64,000 nt of DNA from Eledone cirrhosa (Eukaryota), in the NCBI GenBank assembly GCA_964016885.1, contig OZ024740.1, forward strand, positions 441,812,001 to 441,876,000. The letters run 5' to 3'. This document shows, one piece after another, positions 62,297 through 64,000 of this stretch. The notes under the pieces were generated by a model, which was not told the DNA's origin, did no database searches, and saw only the letters and a program-made list of their open reading frames with translations. Position 1 is the stretch's first letter; each line of letters opens with the position of its first letter. Made by a program: the position numbers and the translations under genes.

Positions 62297-64000
62297 ATGG
62301 CCTCAGCAATGAAGAAAAAATGCAGGCAGTACAGCGTTGATTACTTACGGTTCGGATTCATCCCATCGCCGTCGAACCACCTGTCATCCATGTGTTTAAT
62401 TTGCAAGGAGTCCTTTTCGAATGAGGCGATGAAGCCATCGCGTTTGAGTAGACACCTGGAGGTGAGGCACCCCGATAAGAGATATAAAGATTTAGCATAC
62501 TTTCAGTCTCTTAGGGACCAATTCCAGAAAACAACACTAATTTCTTCTGCCTTTTCAAAAGTTGAAGCTTCAAATGTTGATGGACTTGTCGCATCTTACA
62601 ATATTGCCAACATAATCGCAAAGTGTGGCAAGCCCCATTCCTTGGGTGAAACATTGGTAGCTCCTGTCATCTCAGAAGTTCTTTCAACAGTACTACGTCA
62701 GAACCCGTTAAAGACCTTGAAATGTATTCCGTTGAGTAATGACTCAATAAGGAGACGCATCGACGAAATGGCGGAAAATGTTGAACAACAATTATGCAAC
62801 TTGATGAAAGCACACTTTCCGGGAATCAGTCCTTACTACTGGGATACGTGCGATTTTTCCACCAAAACGAAATGCACGAGGAGCTTCTCTTCACTCTGAA
62901 TCTAGCCACAGATACTAAAGGTGCCACCATCTTTGAATCTGTCAAGGGATACCTCGAAGTAAAAGAGATACCTCTTAACAATATTGTATCATGTGCTACG
63001 GACGGCGCAAGAGCAATGGTCGGCCAACATAAGGGTTTCGTCTCTCTTCTGAAGAGGGAAAATCCATCTGTATTTGCTGTTCATTGTGTCATTCATCGAC
63101 AACACTTGGCTGCGAAGAAACTCAGCGAGCCGCTGAGCAAGTGTTTGCAGGTAGCCATTGATGTCATCAATTATATCAAACGCCATGCCCTCAATGAACG
63201 AATTTTCCGGCAACTGTGCGAAGATAATGACGAAGAATTCGTCGAGTTGCTCCTTCATACTGAAGTGAGGTGGCTTTCAAAGGGCAAGTGCCTTACTCGC
63301 TTCTTTAAACTGTTCGACTCTATCATTGAGTTTCTTCGAGGACGCAACACAGAACTATATAAAAAAAACCTCGATGTGAGCCAAGACTGTGCCTACCTCG
63401 CCGACATCTTTGACAAATGCAATAGTCTCATTATGGCTTTGCAGGGGGAGAAGATCACCTTGTTTAAAGCAAGGAATGCTGTGAAAATATTCCTGGCCAA
63501 ATTGAAAGTCATCGAAAGGAATCTTTGTCGACGGGAATTCTATAATGTTCCTAGTGTCGCCAATGTTTCAAACATTGTAAGCAATGACCAACTCCAAATG
63601 TATACTGCTCACCTCCGTGCACTACAAGACAACATGAGAGAACGGTTTGTCGACCTTTTGCAGATGGACATCCCAATGTGGATAGCAGATCCCTTCATAG
63701 CCAACGTCGACGATTTCGACGTTAAATTTCAGGAAGAATTAATTGAACTTCAGACAGATGACATTATCAAAATTAAATTTTCCAAAATAGGTGAACCCTT
63801 TTTGGGGATGCAAGAGGAAATTCAGCGTCGATTTCCACTCCTACATGCAGAGGCTAAGAGATTTGCTAAGAGATTTGCTAAGAGATTTGCTTTCATACTT
63901 AGTCGAGAGGGGGTTTGGCGTTGTTTCCAGACTGCATAGTAAGGCTTGCAACCGCTACAATGTGATTGCACGTGGAGATCTCCGGCTACAGCTCACAAAA
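62297..64000 (+). pseudogene. Buster/Charlie-type hAT transposase (ZBED5/ZBED8/SCAND3-like), frameshifted, running off the window
   Basis: BED finger CLIC...MKPSRLSRHLEVRH, SNDSIRRRI, catalytic QLDES and ATDGA, HCVIH and TEVRWLSKG. After a second shift near 63892 it reads SYLVERGF...RGDLRLQLT. Breaks at about 62795 and about 63890. Confidence 0.93.

Noticed and set aside
62297-64000. Domesticated host gene such as ZBED5, ZBED8 or SCAND3
   Set aside because: Two frame-breaking lesions and the transposon-rich context indicate a transposon copy, so no gene symbol is assigned.

Overview
Eukaryotic, AT-rich, repeat-dominated DNA with no recognisable host gene. The tRNA-derived SINEs look, from memory, like octopus/cephalopod SINE families; this is inference, not a database result. 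Bases 1-41,722 are one satellite of a 26-bp monomer (GATATATATTACCACAATATAYATAC, about 1,600 copies) with kb-scale internal duplications, and all long ORFs there are by-products of the repeat. The remaining 22 kb holds SINEs, microsatellites, CRE-like and RTE-like LINE remnants and two broken hAT transposases. It also holds a cluster of type I hammerhead ribozyme (HHR) motifs from four unrelated sequence families within about 11 kb (46.2-57.4 kb). One family belongs to a Penelope-like element with a GIY-YIG endonuclease remnant and 2.4-kb inverted arms. Another sits in a 310-bp-period, hairpin-rich, non-coding tandem dimer that could release a retrozyme-like circularisable RNA; this is the most interesting candidate in the window. 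All structures were found and base-paired by eye; nothing was computed or searched.
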